A stretch of DNA of 64,000 nt from Dicyema japonicum (Eukaryota; Animalia; Dicyemida): the NCBI GenBank assembly GCA_011109175.1, contig RDEW01000027.1, forward strand, positions 401,629 to 465,628, given 5' to 3'. Every line of letters begins with the position of its first letter. The first letter of the stretch is position 1. The notes below the pieces were generated by a model. The model was not told the DNA's origin. It ran no database searches and saw only the letters and a list, made by a program, of their open reading frames with translations. The translations under genes were made by a program, and so were the position numbers. Below are positions 60,300 through 64,000 of the stretch, piece by piece.

Positions 60300-61190
60300 A
60301 TTTTTCGACCTGATGAGTGGTTAAAACTGAGGCTGCTAAAAGTGTTTGAGAAAAATGTACAAACCCCATAAACAGAGGCGTGTTTAGGGGGCCATAGTGG
60401 AAGCACGTTGTAGGGGGAAGCAGATCCAAGCCATAGAGTTCACGTTATTAAGTTATGCTCACTTTTTCTACAGTATTCTGTTTTGATTTCTTGTGTGTAT
60501 TGATTTCCTATAATTTGATCTGACAAATGAAGCGAATACAACCCAGTTGGGCTCAAAATCGCTCCAAGAAAAAGCTCAGAGAAGCAGAAAATAATGTTTA
60601 GATATGTGAGTGAAGAAGCAACACGTGGCATACGGTCAATCAGATGCTGACAATCAAGAAGCCTTGGCTGTCATCCAATAGAGCATCAGAAATCCATTGA
60701 ACACAGAACTCTACACTGGTGGTGATAATCAGGATGGAATGGAAACAGAATTTTTCCAATAAATGCGAAGGATTTTTCTTCATTTGTTGAGCTTTGCTGG
60801 GATGTGTTTCCAACTTTGTGCATTGCATATCGTTTATTAGTTACAGTTGGCTACTCAACTGGTAGTTATGAACGTTCTTTGTCAAAGTTAAAACAGATAC
60901 AAACATATTTGAGGTATTCGATGTCAAATCAGCGCCAGTCAAGTTTATCCTTGATCAGCCTTGAAAAGAAATTCCTGAGAAGCGAGGTGAAACATGTGAT
61001 AAAGACTTTTGTTTACAGCAAAGGAGCGATTGTATACATAAGTAAGTGACTTTTTGTTTATTGTTTAATAAATTAAATATGATACACCTCACTCTTACTT
61101 GATCTTTTCATATATAAGTATTTATAAGTTATAAGGGGCATCATTATCATACACTCGCCCCGGCCATCAGAAAGCTTTGCCACGCCCCTG
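60300..61190 (+). mobile_element. hAT (Tip100-like) transposon 3' remnant with TIR
   Basis: YERSLSKLKQIQTYLRYSMSNQRQSSLSLISLE is the hAT dimerization domain. The right TIR GCCACGCCCCTG ends at 61190. Confidence 0.8.
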
Positions 61191-61229
61191 CCCATAAATG
61201 TAATTTTTAAACACAAACGGACGCGAATT

Positions 61230-61700
61230 CACATGCGAAAATTTTCGTCATGGAAACTAACCGAACCTCTGACAATACAAAAATTGTCTCCAATTACATC
61301 GAAGGGATATATTCGAAAAATTTATATCAGTGTCTCATCAAGAATTTTTCATGATGAGAATGCATCGTTCTCGAAAATCCTCCTAAGGCACTTAAACTTG
61401 AAAGACAAATTTCTTGCCTCATAAAACGGAAGAAGGAACAAACTTGCTTAAATGCAGCGGATGTAACCGCTCAAATTCACGTGGAATAAGAAAATATATG
61501 GAGACTACATTTCATATTAACGAATTTAGTTTGATCTTCAGGAAGCAATAATAGCACAAGAAGTGACTGTCTTCCGCAGGACAAGAACTTGTTCTCCCCG
61601 AGTGCGGTAATCATTCAAGAAAGGCAAAAAGCTGTAGACCATTTGGCCACTAGAAGTGGTAAATGTTAAACAGCGCTTACTAAAGAATACATACATAAGT
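61230..61700 (+). mobile_element. Possible Tc1/mariner-like transposase remnant
   Basis: Only a faint resemblance to the HTH-to-DDE linker (W..V.FSDE..F.L); very decayed. Confidence 0.25.
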
Positions 61701-61816
61701 CACAAGATGGTACTCCCACAACTCCCTCAGAGTACTGTTACAACTACATTAAAATTAACAAACTGGACATGTTTAAATCTGAACAAAAATGAAAAAAATT
61801 AAAATTAGGAAGATAA

Positions 61817-62736
61817 TTATCGTTTAAAACATTTAAGAATGGGGTAAATATTAGTAAATGCTTGGTCGATCTCTGACCTAACCTTCGCCCCTAAACATTA
61901 CAACTACAAATTACCTGTAAGGACAATCTTCCCTGATACGAACACAAGGAGGACAATCTTGGGCTGAACCATTCTGTAAATCAATCCTGGAAACAATTCT
62001 GGCTCGTAACTAGAGTAAACAAACTCCTAAACCTGCAGAAATGTCTGTGAGCAATGTAAAGCCCCTCCAACTGCACAGCAAATTGTACATCTGAGGAACC
62101 AACCATATTCTGTATTTTAAACTCAGAGAACATTGCCTACTAGTAACTCCAATATATACAGGAAATCCCAGTTTTTGGATTATTCTAGCGTACTTCCTGG
62201 CAGCCCATCTTGCCTTATCCTCACTAAAATAACATAATTACAAACCTTTTAGCCCCCGTGCACACCATTTTGCCAGAACTAAATATAAGTGCTGTAGTCC
62301 TGGGTTCTCTGATGCGCATAATCACTGCAGCGAAACGCTTAGGGTTATATTCAGCATTTCTGGCATGCAAAGCAATGTGTTTGAGATCCAATTTACAACC
62401 CAAATTAACTGTACAAACGATATTTCTACAATCAATTACACATTTTACTGAAGTTGAGGTCTCATCGCCAGGTTTAACTCAGAGGGGGATTTAAGGGAGT
62501 TTGTGGCACCTCAACCTCGTTGGGGATAACACTTGGAATTTGTGGTTGAGCTGGAGTTGCTGAAGTGTCCATAGAGTTGGCCATAGTGTTAAAGACGGAA
62601 ATATCAAAACATCGATTTGGGTCAAGCAAAGCATGAACTGAATCAAGATTAAGATTATGCTATCATTTACTAATATTATTACATCACTCATTGAATTTTC
62701 ATTAGTCATTTCATAGTTGTGATGACTTTTAGACAT
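61817..62736 (-). CDS. TBP: TATA-box-binding protein, one frameshift in the N-terminal region as sequenced
   Basis: [64 protein letters not shown]...[13 protein letters not shown]...[10 protein letters not shown]. Six introns of 22-24 nt. A C5 run at 62484-62488 shifts the frame upstream of the core. Confidence 0.95.
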
Positions 62737-63089
62737 AAACCAACAAGATGATAAATAATTTTATATTAAATATTTAAATTTATTTATTAAATAAATTAAT
62801 TTATTATATTATTGTAATTTAGTCTTATTTTTGTTCTCAATTTTGTATTTTTTCTATACATTTTGTGTCAGATAATAGTGCACACTAATCAATATTATAT
62901 TTCCACTAAGTTGAAGTATTTAATCTTGTTTAAGTCATTTCATGTCCTGTCCTATGGTTACTAGCTAAATTTGTTTAATAAAAAATTACAAAATTGGTGG
63001 TCATGAGGATTTGGTTAGGAGTGATAAAGAAAAATTTATTTTTTGATAGACCAATTATCAGTGTGTTGTCAACCTCATTTTCTTTCTTC

Positions 63090-64000
63090 AACGCTATTAT
63101 TATGATAGGCAACATGCATAAACCATGATAGCTATAATTTCACTCGTGCAGCATTCGAAACAAATCTTCGAACCACTTCTTCCAACCTCCTCGATCGTAA
63201 GAGAGTTTCCTCAACTCGTCTAAATTGTCACACTTCTTAGACTTTTGTTCACGAGCTTTAGATCTCTGTCAAGTGTTTCTGGAAGTGTAGCACGCCTGTG
63301 TCCACGAAAACGGTCCCTGTCTCATGAAGTAATCCTTCATTGATATGTTAACTTGAGCAACTAAGTCTATTTGTAAAATATGTCAATATTGCCTCCAACG
63401 CATATCTATAATTACGAGACCCCAGTGGACCGTACAACATCTCTTATATAGTGTCCTTGTTTATTCTCGTTAGCCAGTTCAATCATAGTAAGCATCCAAG
63501 TTGTCTTCGGTGGAATGAATGCAGTCCAAGTTGTTCTGTTTAGGATGTCCCCCAGGTCGATGAATTGTATATTAGAATCGGCTTAACAAAGGCTTCATAC
63601 AATCGCAAACGAAGTGATGTGCATGATCGTCGTTTGCCAATCCACTCTTTCTTCAACATGTTCATGGTTACCCAAACGAGGGTCTTTCTTTGGCTATATC
63701 TTAGCCGTCTTTAAGTAAAGAGCCAAATTTGTTAGTTCTGCGCCATGTTTCACTTGATCTGATTTCCATTCTCCTGATTTTCATAATGTCGGTTTTTGCG
63801 GTGTTCATTCCAAGGAATATTCGGTTCAGCTCAGCAGGTGCCACCTCGAGGAGTCGAAGTAGGCCCTATTTGTCTTCTGACACAAAGTCGATGTCATCCA
63901 TGTAAGCAATTTAGACGATGTTACCATCATAGAATTTCCGAAGGTCTCGTAATGCCGTCTCAAGATATATGACAAATAGCAGGGGCGAAAGGGAATCTCC
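63090..64000 (-). mobile_element. RTE-like LINE 3' portion running off the window
   Basis: DSLSPLLFVIYLE, YMDDIDFV, KLGSLL, RLRLYEAFVKPIL and FGHVV-like motifs. Confidence 0.85.

Overview
AT-rich eukaryotic (animal-like) genomic DNA. The window is mostly a graveyard of nested, decayed transposable elements: Jockey/I-like, RTE, CRE-like and R4/Dong-like non-LTR retrotransposons, plus hAT, Merlin and possibly Tc1 DNA-transposon remnants and a tRNA-like SINE family. Between them lie about eight very compact host genes that the ORF track largely misses because they are cut by many 21-28 nt GT-AG introns. Splicing these by hand gives atlastin (disrupted), a minimal NDC80/HEC1, a small HMG-box-like/Zn-finger protein, an S/T-rich repeat membrane protein (frameshifted in its 36-bp array), an intact ERMP1-like M28 peptidase, CWF19L1 (three frameshifts), a divergent NEDD8 and TBP (one frameshift). 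Tiny introns at ancestral positions, divergent proteins and atlastin point to a reduced parasitic metazoan such as a dicyemid or myxozoan; this is inference and cannot be proven from the window. The most unusual signals are the miniature-intron system, a patch in atlastin where only A-to-G changes restore the canonical motif, a 22-nt GT-AG segment that would rescue a CWF19L1 frameshift, a tail-less NDC80 and a host exon fragment captured inside a retroelement. Several frameshifts sit in homopolymers and may be assembly errors. All homology calls rest on motifs recalled from memory; no database search was run.
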